Positions 11,942-25,066 of a stretch of 64,000 nt of DNA are shown here, in pieces (within the stretch, counting starts at the first letter, position 1; every line of letters starts with the position of its first letter). The position numbers and the translations under genes were made by a program. The notes beneath the pieces are model-generated. The model was not told the DNA's origin, did not search any database, and saw nothing but the letters and a program-made list of their open reading frames with translations. The stretch comes from Octopus vulgaris. Its lineage: Eukaryota. The DNA lies in NCBI GenBank assembly GCA_951406725.2, contig OX597819.1, forward strand, positions 24,986,001 through 25,050,000, in the 5' to 3' direction.

Positions 11942-12640
11942 TATTAATACTATTACTATTATTATTATTATTATTATTAGGTGAGTTCAGATCCTGCCAA
12001 AGTTAACTTTCAGGGTCAATAATATAAAGTACTTCTCATGTAGTTTTGTACCAAAATTTGAAAGAATTATGGTTAGGGTGGTGAACTGGTAGAATTGTAA
12101 GAATACCAGACAAAATGCTTTGCTATATTTGTACTAACTTAATACATTCTGAGTTCACATCTTGCCAAAGTTAACTTTGTCTTTTGTCATCTTGTGGGCC
12201 AATAAAATTAAAGTGTCAAGTTGTGGTTAGAAAGCTTGCTTCCTAACGATGTGGTCTTCGATTCATTCTCACTGCATGGTACCTAGGGCAAGTGTTTTCT
12301 ACTATAGTTCTGGGCAGCCCAAAGCCTTGTGAGTGGATTTAGTAGAAAGAAACTGGAAAAAGCCCATCACATGTGTGTGCGTATGTGTGTGTGTATGTGT
12401 GTGTGTGTGTGTGAGGTATTGGTACGTTAGAAGACCCATAGACTTACAAAACCCTTTCTAATGAGTAACACAGATTCCATGGCTCCATACTTTGAAATGA
12501 TTAAACATGAACTACTATTGGAACTTACATACCATGTACAGGAAACTTTTTTACCACTTCTATTCACCAATTTACTTGAATAATGGAACTTCAACTACAA
12601 TATCTTTATATACGATGAGGATGATGATGATGATCCTCCT

Positions 12641-12735
12641 ATAGAGGGAAATAAGAGATCATCATCATCATCATCGTTGTAAAGCGGATGCTAAACGATG
12701 ATGCTGATGATGATGATTCTCTTATTTCCTTCTAT
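12641..12735. repeat. Inverted repeat around a short RTE-type tail remnant
   Basis: ATAGAGGGAAATAAGAGA(TCA)nTCGTT versus AACGA(TGA)nTTCTCTTATTTCCTTCTAT, with spacer GTAAAGCGGATGCTA. Confidence 0.85.
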
Positions 12736-12813
12736 TTTCCCGATCTCCTCCTTTTCCATAATAATTCCTTATTTCAAACTCAAATATTTACCTCTATTTA
12801 ACCATCTCATACT

Positions 12814-12861
12814 GTCTCTGATGAGGGGATATCCAGAATATCCCAGAAACAGCTGTAAGAC
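12814..12861 (+). ncRNA. Minimal type I hammerhead ribozyme, core intact
   Basis: GTCT-CTGATGA-G-GGGATAT CCAGA ATATCCC-A-GAAAC-AGCT-GTA-AGAC: stem I GTCT/AGAC, 7-bp stem II, palindromic ACAGCTGT stem III, GUA triplet. Confidence 0.82.
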
Positions 12862-12870
12862 TCTATACCT

Positions 12871-13101
12871 ATTTCTTTACTACCCACAAGGAGCTAAACA
12901 CTGAAGGGACAAACAAGGACAGACAAACGGATTAAGTCAATTATATAAACCCCAGTGCGTAACTGGTACTTAATTTATCGACCCCGAAAGGATGAAAGGC
13001 ATAGTCGACCTGGGCGGAATTTGAACTCAGAACGTAACCGCAGACGAAATACTGCTAAGCATTTCATCTGGCATGCTAACGATTCTGCCAGCTCGCCGCC
13101 T
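12871..13101 (-). mobile_element. SINE family B, full length, with 15-bp target-site duplication
   Basis: Head GGCGGCGAGCTGGCAGAATCGTTAG and B-box GAGTTCAAATTCC. TSD TAAGACTCTATACCT at 12856-12870 and 13102-13116. The central GCCTTTCATCCTTTCGGGGTCGATAAATTAAGTACC resembles, from memory, the Meta SINE domain. Confidence 0.92.
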
Positions 13102-13337
13102 TAAGACTCTATACCTTATAAATGTCCTGGAAACTCCTCACAGCCTTGACTTTGTTATCTCATTTTGTCTAATATATAATGTAAAAAATAAATAACGCTG
13201 AAGCAAAGTAACACCAAATATATAGTGTGTGTGTGTGTTTTTATTGGCTAAACTGGCAAAATGACCAATCCTAAATACAACAATATCTGTTTCAACACAC
13301 GATTTCACATCAAAAATCTTGCAAAACAAATATATAA

Positions 13338-13369
<32 letters not shown>

Positions 13370-13373
<4 letters not shown>

Positions 13374-13595
13374 CTTTACTACCCACAAGGGGCTAAACAT
13401 AGAGGGGACAAACAAGGACAGACAAACGGATTAAGTTGATTATATCGGCCCCAGTGCGTAACTGGTACTTAATTTATCGACCCCGAAAGGATGAAAGGCA
13501 AAGTCAACCTCGGCGGAATTTGAACTCAGAATGTAGCAATGGGCGAAATACCGCGAAGCACTTCGCCCGGTGTGCTAACGTCTCTGCCAGCTTGC
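13370..13595 (-). mobile_element. SINE family B copy
   Basis: Highly similar to 12871-13101. Confidence 0.9.
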
Positions 13596-13629
13596 ATGTA
13601 TATATATATATATATGTTTGTGTGTATTT

Positions 13630-13858
13630 TTGCCTTGACATCATATGATGGTCGTGGGAATTCATCACTGTCATAAAGGCAATGTATTTTGTTTCCAGTC
13701 TTCTGTGACAAACATATCTAGCCATGGAGGAATATTACCTTGCTCAAAAACAGGTGATAGTTGGTGACAGGAGGGGCCTTCCAGCTGTAAAAAAAAAAAT
13801 AACCTACTGCAACAAATTCCATCTGACCTATGCAAGCATGGAAAAGTGGACATTAAAT
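13630..13858 (+). mobile_element. SINE family E body with RTE-type tail; related decayed copies at about 6650-6870 (-), 15700-15940 (+) and 63405-63605 (+)
   Basis: Shared TTGACAT...ATATTACCT(T/G)G...GA(A/G)GGG...ATGCAAG motifs following a TG/TA-rich tract. Confidence 0.65.
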
Positions 13859-14276
13859 GCTTAAGAAATGAATTAATAAATAAATATATTTTGAGATTAA
13901 ATGTCTTCCCACCAACCGAAAAAATAAAATTTTGATAAATAGTTGCAGAACCTGGTCATATGTCCTCTATACACATAGTGTATACGTGCCTTTTTACAGG
14001 TATGCTGTACCAAAGTCTAGTATACTGATAAAAATCTAGTGTAGCCTAACCTTCACCTGATGATGTCATTGTTTAAACAACCTCACCGCCACCCCAGTGA
14101 ACAATATTCTGCTTTAGGGATTGTATTTACTTTGTGTATGTGTGTATGTGTGTATATATATATAAATCTTGAATGCCATACAAGCTTGGAAAGTAGATTT
14201 AAATTGATGATGATTCATACCTGTACACTCACATTTAAAGTTTCATGAAAAGTTTGAAAGTAAAAATTGAAGAAAT

Positions 14277-14320
<44 letters not shown>

Positions 14321-14790
14321 TTAGTGGTGATGGTGAGCTGGCAGAACTCTTAACATGATGGTCTACATTAGCATTTTGGCTTCAAAGTATATACTGTCCA
14401 TGCAGAGGCTTCTGTCTCCACTACTCCTCAATTTGTTTCTGCCTGTTCTTTTTTTGCAGTCTGTTTAGTGATTTCAGGTTCTTCATCTAATTCAGGGTTA
14501 ATCCCAAATTCCTTTGCAAATTAGGAAGCTTCCATGACAATAGAATGTGATTTTTTTGCTGCTTTCGTGTTTGCGCACAAATTCTGCTATGGTTGACTTT
14601 TGTCATTTGGGATTTGTTAAAATAAGTACTAACCGAGCAGTGGGCTTGATGTAATTGCCTAACCCTTTCACTCCCAAATCTCTTGCTTTGCTGTATAAAA
14701 GCTTGTAAAAGCATAATCTCATCTGTTGGTAACATCACCTGTCAAGAAACATCACCACCTTAAAGTCATGTGTACATGCAGATATTTTAA

Positions 14791-15008
14791 CCCTTTAGTT
14801 AACATATTTATGTTGAAATACACTGCCTTTGTTTAATTCATTTCCGAAATAATGAAGAATTTATAAAGTAAGTATTTTTTTTAGCTGGTGTTTAGAACAT
14901 AAATTAGCATAAAATCTTGATGGAAGGTTTCTTTGAAGCCAATTTAAAATATGAAGTTTCAGTATCCTTGAGCCAGGGGCAGTATCAAGCAGATTGGTCT
15001 CAAAATGG
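14791..15008. mobile_element. Older piggyBac-type MITE, reverse orientation relative to 25067
   Basis: TTAA|CCCTTT...TGG|TTAA; body resembles the reverse complement of 25067-25274. Confidence 0.6.
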
Positions 15009-15987
15009 TTAAAGTAGGGATCAGTAATGGTTCACTTTTGACTTTTTTATTCTTGCCTCATGTCCCACGCATATTTTACCATAGCTTACAAAATATATCC
15101 TAGTATATTTCCGCTTTTCCATCGCTGACAATGCTTATTTAAGCAAAAGTCATCCCCTGCTCCAATGGCTTGCAGATAAGAAAGGTCTGAAGCCCACAGT
15201 GATCACCTCTATGAGTCATTTGTTGACCACAGCCCACTTGTTTTCAACTCTTGTGCAGAGTATATTCTACATTGCTATGGAAGTTGTCTTGTAACACTAA
15301 AAAGACTATGCAGCTGTTACATCATTTCTTTTTGCAAATGTATGAATTTTTAGACCTTTTAAACTAACCTTATCAATATTGACAGTCTTTTGTTTAAACA
15401 ATAAAGGAAATGCAAACAAAATTTTTAACTGATAATTATATAGATTGAGTAGGCTTAAGTAGGAATGTGATGATGAATCATTCAAATTCTGGATCATTTG
15501 TTAAGCATGTCAAAAATTAGACCGCACAAATAGAAATGATTTTTACTTAACTACTCTTAAATGTAAAATAGCTAATAAGGATTCTTCAATGTTTTGGTGA
15601 AATTTTTCTAAAGCTATGTAACTGAAGAAGGTATGGGCTTGGGTGTATGTGTGGTTGATTGCGTGTGTGTGTGTGTATTATGTGTATGTATTATGTGTGT
15701 GTATGCCTCCTTGTTTTGATATTGCGTGATAGTTGTAAATGAATGTCACTGTATGTTATTGTCATTCCAGCAGTGTCATTCCATTTCTAGTATTCTTCAA
15801 AAACATTACTGGCCTTTTGAGAAATATTACCTTGCTTGGAAACTGTAAGAGTTGACATCTAGAAGGGTGCCTGGCTGCAGAAAATCTGTCTCAACAAAAC
15901 TCTGCACAATCTGTGCAACCTGTGTAGGTTTCAATGATGAGGATTTAGTTCATTGGTTTAGCATATAAATGCCTGACCATTTCAAAG

Positions 15988-16020
<33 letters not shown>

Positions 16021-16365
16021 CTCATACAAGTATACATATACACATATTCTGAAGCAGAATCAGTATGACACAGCATATGACAAGACTGTACCTTTTGAAC
16101 TACGAGGGCAATCCATCTGATGGGTTCCTATTCAGCTTCCATGTACCCACTTTCACTCAGATTGGCTCAGCTTACAGAAAATGACATTTACCCAAGATGC
16201 TGTGCAGTGGTATTGAACCTAAGGTCTTATGGTTATGAAGTGAAATTCTTAGCCATTGAGCCATAAGTAGTATGGTACTATAGAATTGCACAAGCTGTTG
16301 GATACTTTCTGCATAGTTGCATTTTCATGTTTCACTGCAGGTATTGCATTTTTAAACTTTTAATG

Positions 16366-16404
<39 letters not shown>

Positions 16405-17857
16405 CGTGTGTGTGGAGGAGTAATATGCACTTACCTTTATATATACACAACCTATTTTTTACATTGATATATAAGCGTTTGTGCAGGAGTAATGGGCACC
16501 AACCTTGATACATACAATAACCTATTTATACTGATATAAATAAATATGCATACATATATATAAATGTGCGTGTAGGTGTAATATGCACTAACCTTCATAC
16601 ACACACAACCTATTAATACTGCCCTTAATAACATTCCAATTGCAAGCTGATACCCTCATCCTATTATTGTAACTTCCCATTATAACTCAATGCAATCTTC
16701 TCTTCTCACTCTCAGTAGATGTAAGAATGTATAATATAAGGTTTAACCATTTTCTGTATGTTTTTTAACTAATTTTGAAAATAATAAAGAATTTGGAGGT
16801 ATTAGTAAAGCAATTCATTAAGTTAATGTTTAACAGACTCATTAGAACGATGGACAAAAATATATTTTGCATAATTTGTCCCAAGTCCAGTCTAAGTTCA
16901 AATCCCACTAAGATTAACTTTACTCTTTATCATTTTTAGAGTTGATAACAGAAAGTGTGTACATAAAGTTAAGTACTGGGAATTGCTATAATTGACTCAA
17001 TCCCATTGACTCCTTCAGATTTGAGCCCTTGTACTTAGGTTAGAAATAGTTAAGGTTTGGAATATAAGCTTTTTTTTTATAATTATGAATGAAGGTTTTA
17101 ATTTTGGTTTTAACAATTCAGAATGAAATGTTTTGTTACATAGAAGTGTTAATAGTCTTGGGGCAATTTAGTATAAAAAAAGTTGAAGGTATTGAACTAA
17201 TTGGTCATAAAGGTTAAATTCAAATCTATTTGCAGGTGTTCTAACCAGGATACTTTATTTTTACAGTTTATTATCACTTTCAGTAACTGTTAAAAAATAG
17301 GTTCTCAGTTACCTGGAACACACTGATGTTCAATCCAGAGGAAAGCTGTGTTTTCTATCCAATTTATGTCAGAAAACTGAATCTTAGGCATTGGCACTTA
17401 AAAAATCCTTAAGGTTTAGGCTGTATTTCCATTATCAGTATTACACAATATTATATTCCTAGACCTATACAAATATACAGCCACTTACCTACCAACACTT
17501 ACATAAACACATAGATACATGTATATTTACATACGTGCACAGTCTTTTTGCATGTTTGAAGATATGTGTTGAAAGGCTCAAATAAGCATATACTTGTAGT
17601 ATTACACTCAGAGACATACAAATGTGCATACAGACACACATGCTTATATATATATATATGCATGTATATATACACACACACACTAATGTTGCCTTTGCTA
17701 TTATGCCATCCCCATAACATATGTGCAGCGAGCTTAGAATACTAACATCAAAGATAGATAGTTTCACAAGACACACACACACACATACACACATAGCAAA
17801 GTACACACACATACATGCATCTATACATACATGTGTTGAAGACATTATTACCATGAT

Positions 17858-18078
17858 ATATATACATATATACGTGTGTGTGTGTATGTATCTATATATA
17901 TATATGTATATATATGTGTATATATATATATGTATATATATGTATATATATATGTATATATATGTATATATATGTATATATATATGTATATATATGTGTA
18001 TATATATGTGTATATATATGTGTATATATATGTATATATATGTGTATATATATATGTATATATATGTGTATATATATG

Positions 18079-18130
<52 letters not shown>

Positions 18131-18313
18131 TATGTATATATATGTATATATATATGTATATGTATATATATGTATATATATGTATATATATATGTATATA
18201 TATGTATATATATATGTATATATATATGTATATGTATATATATGTATATATATGTATATGTATATATATGTATATATATATATATGTATATATATATGTA
18301 TGTATATATATAT
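17858..18313. repeat. Long (TA)n/TG interrupted microsatellite
   Basis: Directly visible. Confidence 0.97.
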
Positions 18314-18730
18314 AGCATCCATAATATCACTGTGTAGCAAGTGCTTACATCAAAGATGGAAAACTACACAATAAAGTAACACACACACACACTATTACAT
18401 TTTTACTAAGTTGATGCCAAAGATGGAACCTTCTACAATAAACAAACAATTCTCCCTCAAAGACATTCCTTTCTTGTTTGTTCTGCATCCAGATTGCATT
18501 GATCATGACACCATAAAGATGATGTTTAATCTTGACACAGGCTAATGTGTACACTTGGTCTTTATACAAATATATCATTAATCATACACGCATGCACACG
18601 GCATATACAATGCACACACACACACTTATATATTTCTAAGAGACACAGATATGCAGATATTCTAACACATACATATGGACACACACATACCACCCAATCG
18701 CCCACATACACACTGATCACACACATATAA

Positions 18731-18805
<75 letters not shown>

Positions 18806-18832
18806 TATATATATATATGTATATATATATAT

Positions 18833-18882
<50 letters not shown>

Positions 18883-19254
18883 TCATACAAGTATACATAT
18901 ACACATATATCTGAGAGAGATGGAGAGAAAGAGAAAGTCGGTGAAGTTCCACCCATGCCAACATTGAAGAGTAGACATAAAACAATAGCTTACTCATGTG
19001 TACAGAGACAGACACAGATACACACACACTTATAGATGGGCAAATATGTACATAGTTTGCATATATGCAGAAAAAGACAGATGCAGACAATTACAAATAT
19101 ATACACTTGCATATGTAAACTGAATGTACATATATTAGACTGTTAGATCAAGAGTTATTGATCTTCCAGTTCAGAGCACGCTATTACTTTCTCCTATGTA
19201 ATGGACAGAGGAAGTCCTTTGCTACACCAGCTGAATCCTTGAAGAAGAACTCAC

Positions 19255-19317
19255 TGCCGGTTGTTGATAAGGCAGATGTGACAAAATTTTATAAGTGGCT
19301 GAATAATCTGAACATCC
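19255..19317 (-). CDS. Candidate 63-nt internal exon (one open reading: DVQIIQPLIKFCHICLINNR)
   Basis: A (TG)n-TAG acceptor and a GTGAGT donor bracket an open segment of length divisible by 3. No homology recognised. Confidence 0.25.
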
Positions 19318-19345
19318 CTACACACACACACATGCATACAGGCAC

Positions 19346-19383
<38 letters not shown>

Positions 19384-19455
19384 GTGTGCACGTGCAAATG
19401 GCCCTTATAATTTGTGTGTCAGCAAAATTATTCTCATATTTCAGATGACACATAA

Positions 19456-19833
19456 CTCTTTACTCTTTTACTCTTTTACTTGTTTCAGTCATTTGACTGC
19501 GGCCATGCTGGAGCACCGCCTTTAGTCGATCAAATCGACCCCGGGACTTATTCTTTGTAAGCCCAGTACTTTTGCCGAACCGCTAAGTAATGGGGACGTA
19601 AACACACCAGCATCGGTTGTCAAGCAATGCTAGGGGGACAAACACAGACACACAAACATATACATATATACGACAGGCTTCTTTCAGTTTCCGTCTACCA
19701 AATCCACTCACAAGGCATTGGTCGGCCTGGGGCTATAGCAGAAGACACTTGCCCAAGATGCCACGCAGTGGGACTGAACCCGCAACCATGTGGTTGGTTA
19801 GCAAGCTACTTACCACACAGCCACTCCTGCGCC
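19456..19833 (-). mobile_element. SINE family A, near full length (tRNA-like head, microsatellite hinge, (GAGTAAAA)n tail)
   Basis: Head GGCGCAGGAGTGGCTGTGTGGTAAG...GGGTTCAGTCCC; near-identical to at least eight other copies in the window. Confidence 0.93.
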
Positions 19834-19967
19834 TATAAGTTAGTACTTGTTTGTGATGCTATGAATCTGTTTGAAGATTGTGATTTAAAAATGAAAATGG
19901 CTGATTCTTATGTTTTAAACTCTGCAAGTATATGTAATTATGGCTGTGTATATGGAAATATCCACCT

Positions 19968-20231
19968 GTGGATATCTTGTGTGTAAAAATACAGGTGGAT
20001 ATCTTGTGTGTAAAAATACAGGTGGATATCTTGTGTGTAAAAATACAGGTGGATATCTTGTGTGTAAAAATACAGGTGGATATCTTGTGTGTAAAAATAC
20101 AGGTGGATATCTTGTGTATAAAAATACAGGTGGATATCTTGTGTGTAGAAATACAGGTGGATATCTTGTGTATAGAAATACAGGTGGATATCTTGTGTAT
20201 AGAAATACAGGTGTGTGTCTTATGTGTAGAA
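19968..20231. repeat. 27-bp minisatellite, nine full units plus a degenerate tenth
   Basis: Unit GTGGATATCTTGTGTGTAAAAATACAG; full units span 19968-20210. Confidence 0.97.
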
Positions 20232-22732
20232 GTTCATGTGACTATACATAGACTTAATTTTTCTTCTGTTGTGCGGTCCATTGTTAGCAGCAAGCTTCTT
20301 CCAGTATGGGTGGTCACCTGCTTGTTCTTCCTGCTCCTGTTCAGCAAGTCCTTGTGTATTTTAAATGTTTTCTGCAGAAAATACGGTGCCAAGTGTTTTG
20401 GGGCTTTCCCTGCTTTTCATTTTCCTTTTTCTGTTGCAGTCTTTGCATGATGAGTGGATTGGATTGTCATTGGATAATGTAGTACTAAATGCATCAACTG
20501 TATCTATATGAAAGAATATAGAGCAGTCACAACTGAAATACTGTTGATCATAGATCTACTTACTCAGGGTTAATGGATCTAAACAACATCATACGATTTT
20601 TCTCCCTCTCTCACAGACACACGTTTTTTCCAACTGAAACTAAAGACCAGTGAACAAGGAAATAGACAATAGCAGGTGGAAATGGGTAACTATGGTAGGA
20701 AGACAAGAAGGTGAAAATTCTTAAGATGGTTGCAGATGGTTTAGATCAAAATATTTTATGCTCTTGACAGTTCTACATTGAAGTAGAACTCTTAATAGCA
20801 AAACTCCAGTACTTAAGTTCAGAATTTGAAGGGTTGGCATCTGAAGGTTAAGTTTTTACATCCCATAGCAAATGATGAGTATATAGCTTGAGATTTTGTG
20901 ATTATGGTGATGTAAGGAAATACTGTTGAACTTTTGGACGTAATTGTTACTGCCAAGTTGGTTATTATGAGTCTAATTATGTTGACAAGAAACAATTGCT
21001 CTCCTTTTTTTTTACCACATCTGCTCTAATTAATATCTCAGCTGCCTTCCTGTTAGTGTTACCAGATGTTAATGACAACCACTTCATTCACATTTTTTCA
21101 TATTTTATCTTCTCTCTGCTTTAAAGAAAGATGATTAGGGTAAAATTACCGCTATTCCAAGCAACTATTATTCAATCTTGTCTCAAGTGGCATAACATTT
21201 TATAGAATGGCACTCGCCGAAAATATGACCAGAACACACACAGGAACAAGTACATTTATATTCTGAGTATGCAAATGTATTTTTTCATGACTATTATCAT
21301 GGTGTACGTGTGTGTGTGTGTGTGTTGTATGCATGTTCATTTGTATGTGTGTTTGTGTGACTATAACTCAGTCATCACCAAGAGAAAAGTAATTATTTTC
21401 AATGTCATCTTTCCTTAATTCTTTATAGAATGATGATGACTTCCAAAGTACTTGAAAAAAAAAATCAACATTTGTTCTAATTTTCTCATTTTAATTACAC
21501 GAATAATTAATAATGTGCTGTCAATCTGATTTTTCTTACCATAAATGTTTCAATTTTATTATTCCCAAATATAATAGTCTCTAACAGAGTTTTTAACCTG
21601 AATTTTTTTGTTGTTGATAAAGTCCCTTTTTTTTTGTTTTCTGTAAAGTATTCATACTTCATTGGAATTTATCTTTGCAGATCTATTTGTCTAATAAGCA
21701 GATTTAATCATCATTGTCATCGTCATCATTTAACATTCATTTCTCACAGGAGGGCTTCATGAGGCTCCAGTTCTCTGTTTTGGCATTGTTTAACAGCTGA
21801 ATGCCTTTTCTAATGCCAATCACTTTCCAGTCTGAGTGAACTTTTTACCTGATGCCGGCATAGATGCTTCTTATGTGGCACTAGACTGGGTACTGTTTAT
21901 ACTGCAACTGCATGGATGATTTTTTATGTGGCACCAACATGTGCCATTTTTATGTCATCCCAGCACGGTGCTCTTTACATTGCACTGGCATGGGTGCTTG
22001 GTGCTTTACCCAAGTATCAAATGGTGCTTTCTTTCCATTTTGCCCACCACTACTATAATAACACTGCTCTCCTAAACCCCTACTTAAAATCATTGTGAAA
22101 TAACTTCTAAGCAGTTACTAGAAATAGCAACCATATCCCTCTCTAATTACATAAGCTAGCATGTTCAAAGCAGAAGGACATATTGGACAATGTGATCCGA
22201 GATGTGCAATGCTTAAAAATTGTGGGATGGTCATGGGTGGTATGCCTTGGATTTTAATCTGCTCAATTATTGCTAACTCAATGCTGGTTAACAAGATGCA
22301 TTCTCTTCTTTCCTTCATTTTTTTTTTTTTTTCAATGTCTTGAATTCTGAGTTCATGTTCTTCAAAACTGCATAACTCTGGAACATTATCATCGCTTATT
22401 ATTAGCTTCATCTATTACCTTACTAATTCAAATTAAATATCAACTGCCAGAACCACCCCTTGCTATCCTTATCCCTCAGCTCAGGAAATGCTAAAAGAAG
22501 TTAAGCACACATTTCATATGATTAACAACTGAAACATTTATTACTTGTGTAATTTCTATGGACATTATTATCGTTAATGTGGCAATTGCTAACATGGCTG
22601 TTGCAAGCATCATTACACTTCCAGCACCATACTTTTAATGGATGTATTTCTCATCATATTTAAATTTAATTGTATTTTCATTATTTCTCTGACCATTTTA
22701 AATTAACATGATTCACCGTAAGAACGTAAGAA

Positions 22733-22818
22733 TCACAGCATGGTGCCATAATCAGGTAAACAGAAGTGTGCTCTATAGAATTTTGTTCACAGCATGGTGC
22801 CATAATCAGGTAAACAGA
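22733..22818. repeat. Perfect 32-bp direct repeat with 22-bp spacer
   Basis: TCACAGCATGGTGCCATAATCAGGTAAACAGA at 22733-22764 and 22787-22818. Confidence 0.9.
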
Positions 22819-24614
22819 TTAGGTACAAAAATACATAAAATTTGTTGCATTTGGAAATGGTGGAGGAATTGTTAAGATATTGGACTAAAAGATTCGAAAG
22901 ACATGAACTGAAAGCCTGCCAAAATAATTGCATTGTATTCATACCCAAAGTGCATTAAACTCCTTCACTTGCTGTGCAGAGGTGTTATAGTAATAAGAAA
23001 TAATGGGTGAATGGTGGAGAAAGAGAAGCATGGCATAATTCTTGTGGTTAGTGAGAAAGATTATGAAGTTATTATTTTAAAGAATATATGCAAATATGCA
23101 AAGCTATCCAAATCCACATGATAAAATGGAAGTACAACGTGAAGAAAAATAAATTTAAAAATGGTTAACGACAACTTGAAAATACTTTGGCATTTTTATG
23201 CAAAAAAATTAATTATTGTAAGACATTTTCACATTTTCTTCAGAAATTTAAATTGTTTCCTCTCATAATTTATTCTTCCTTTGTTTCTAAAGACTTCTGT
23301 TTCCTCCCCCCTCTCCCTTTTCATTTCTTGTTTTACTGTTTCCTTTTTCAGTTCTTTTATTATGTTCTTTTCTATTCTTCATGAAAGTGATGTGTTGCAC
23401 ACATAATTGCTCTCCAAGTGTCCTTAACTTAATCTCTCTCTCTCTCTTTCTATCTCTCTTTCTTTCTATCTCTCTCATACACACACTTTAATGATATTCA
23501 CTCTGTATCAATCTAATAGTAATATCTCTGCCTTTCTCCCATTTTCTCTCACGCCTCCTTTCTCTCTCATACACACACTGAAATAGAGAACCCTCTCTTT
23601 CTCTCTCTCTATCTAATAGTAACATTTCTCTCTCTCTTTCTCTCTGTCTGTCTGTCTGTCTAATACTAGTATTTCTCTCTTTCTCTCTCATATGCACTAT
23701 CGAATTAGTATTTCCTCTCTTTCCCTCTCTATTTATCTGTCTGTCTGTCTATCAGTCTCAACCTCTCTCTCCCTAATAGTATTATCTTTGCCTTTTCCCA
23801 CTAGTTTCTGTCTCACTCCTCATCACAGATTACAAAATCCTTTTAATATTAGCTTGTGCCAGACTCCTAGTTCTAGTTTTCATATTTAAATTAACATCCT
23901 GATCAGAATCTCACAAATTAAATGATGTAAACTTCATATTATATAAAGTTATGGACATTGTACTAAATCCCTCCCAAATTTTGACTATTCTGAAAAATTG
24001 AAACACATAAGCAATAGCATATTCATTTCTGAATCTGCTTTCCACAGACTCTTTGGTCCATGAAGATACCTATCTTCTCAAAAACACCACATGTGTGCCC
24101 ACACACACACCCATGCACACCTGCATGCTCACACACACATACGTGCATACATTCACATGTGTGCATGCATGCATGCATGTGCACATCTGTGCACGTGTGC
24201 ACATTCACACACACACTATTAAAATATCAAAGAAATTGGAGAAAGTCAACTTTCGTCCTCACAAATTTGCTCTTATTTTCTTAGAAGTCCTGGTTACTTT
24301 CACTGAGCTAATCTGAAGTATGAATCAGGCAAAGTGAAATGCTCCCGAATACCCCCATGGGTTTGGCAGCCTGACACTCATAAGATGCTGAATAAGGTAG
24401 TTTTGATTGAACTTCAGTGTCTGATCACCCCATCCCTTCTATTCCCCCTTCTATGCCTTCTACTCTTTTATTTATCCTTCATTACCAGCAGCAGCAGCTT
24501 TGTTGTTCTGCCATTTAAGATATAGCTATACAGCTTCCATTTTACACATACTAATGTGTTTAATCTTGTAGGTTTCTACTACAACATTGGTCAAGTCCAG
24601 TAAATGCCCTGAAA

Positions 24615-24865
24615 CACGTAAAAAGCACCATCCGTTCGTTGGCCGCTGCCAGCCTCGCCTGGCCCCCGTGCCGGTGGCACGTAAAAAGCACCCACTACAC
24701 TCATGGAGTGGTTGGCGTTAGGAAGGGCATCCAGCCGTACAAACACTGCCAGATCAGACTGGGCCTGAAGCAGCCTTCTGGCTTCACAGACCCCAGTTGA
24801 ACCGTCCAACCCATGCTAGCATGGAAAGCAGACGTTAAATGATGATGATGATGATGATGTTGATG
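24615..24865 (+). mobile_element. SINE family C copy
   Basis: Near-identical to 5193-5497. Confidence 0.88.
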
Positions 24866-25066
24866 TTCAATACTTGTTCAGAGTAATCTAGTATCTTGTT
24901 TAATGCTTTAAATTTTTCTGTTCAGATTCTATCGGTGTTAATGTTGCTTTCTCTCCTGTTAACACAAAAATACCTTGTTATTCAGTTTCAGCCCATCTTC
25001 CAACTTGTCTTATGCTTTAGAAAGGAATTATTGAAAGTTCCTAGCATCATTATTTTCTTAGTTTAA

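Noticed and set aside
14057-14080. CTGATGA here and on either strand near 29568, 44580, 52815, 52930 and 55261
   Set aside because: No properly placed GAAA, stems or cleavage triplet; not hammerheads.
4326-18374. Long ORFs rich in YI/CV/HT dipeptides (e.g. 4326-4856, 8562-9407, 17489-18340)
   Set aside because: Translations of dinucleotide microsatellites, which lack stop codons.
19617-19986. Recurrent ORFs MSSNARGTNTDTQT / MLGGQTQTHKH / MDGSTG
   Set aside because: They recur because they are antisense translations of SINE copies.
19968-20231. CRISPR-like or repeat-protein interpretation of the 27-bp array, and of the 32-bp repeat at 22733-22818
   Set aside because: No series of unique spacers, no cas genes, eukaryotic context. 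Open frames follow from the unit length being a multiple of three.
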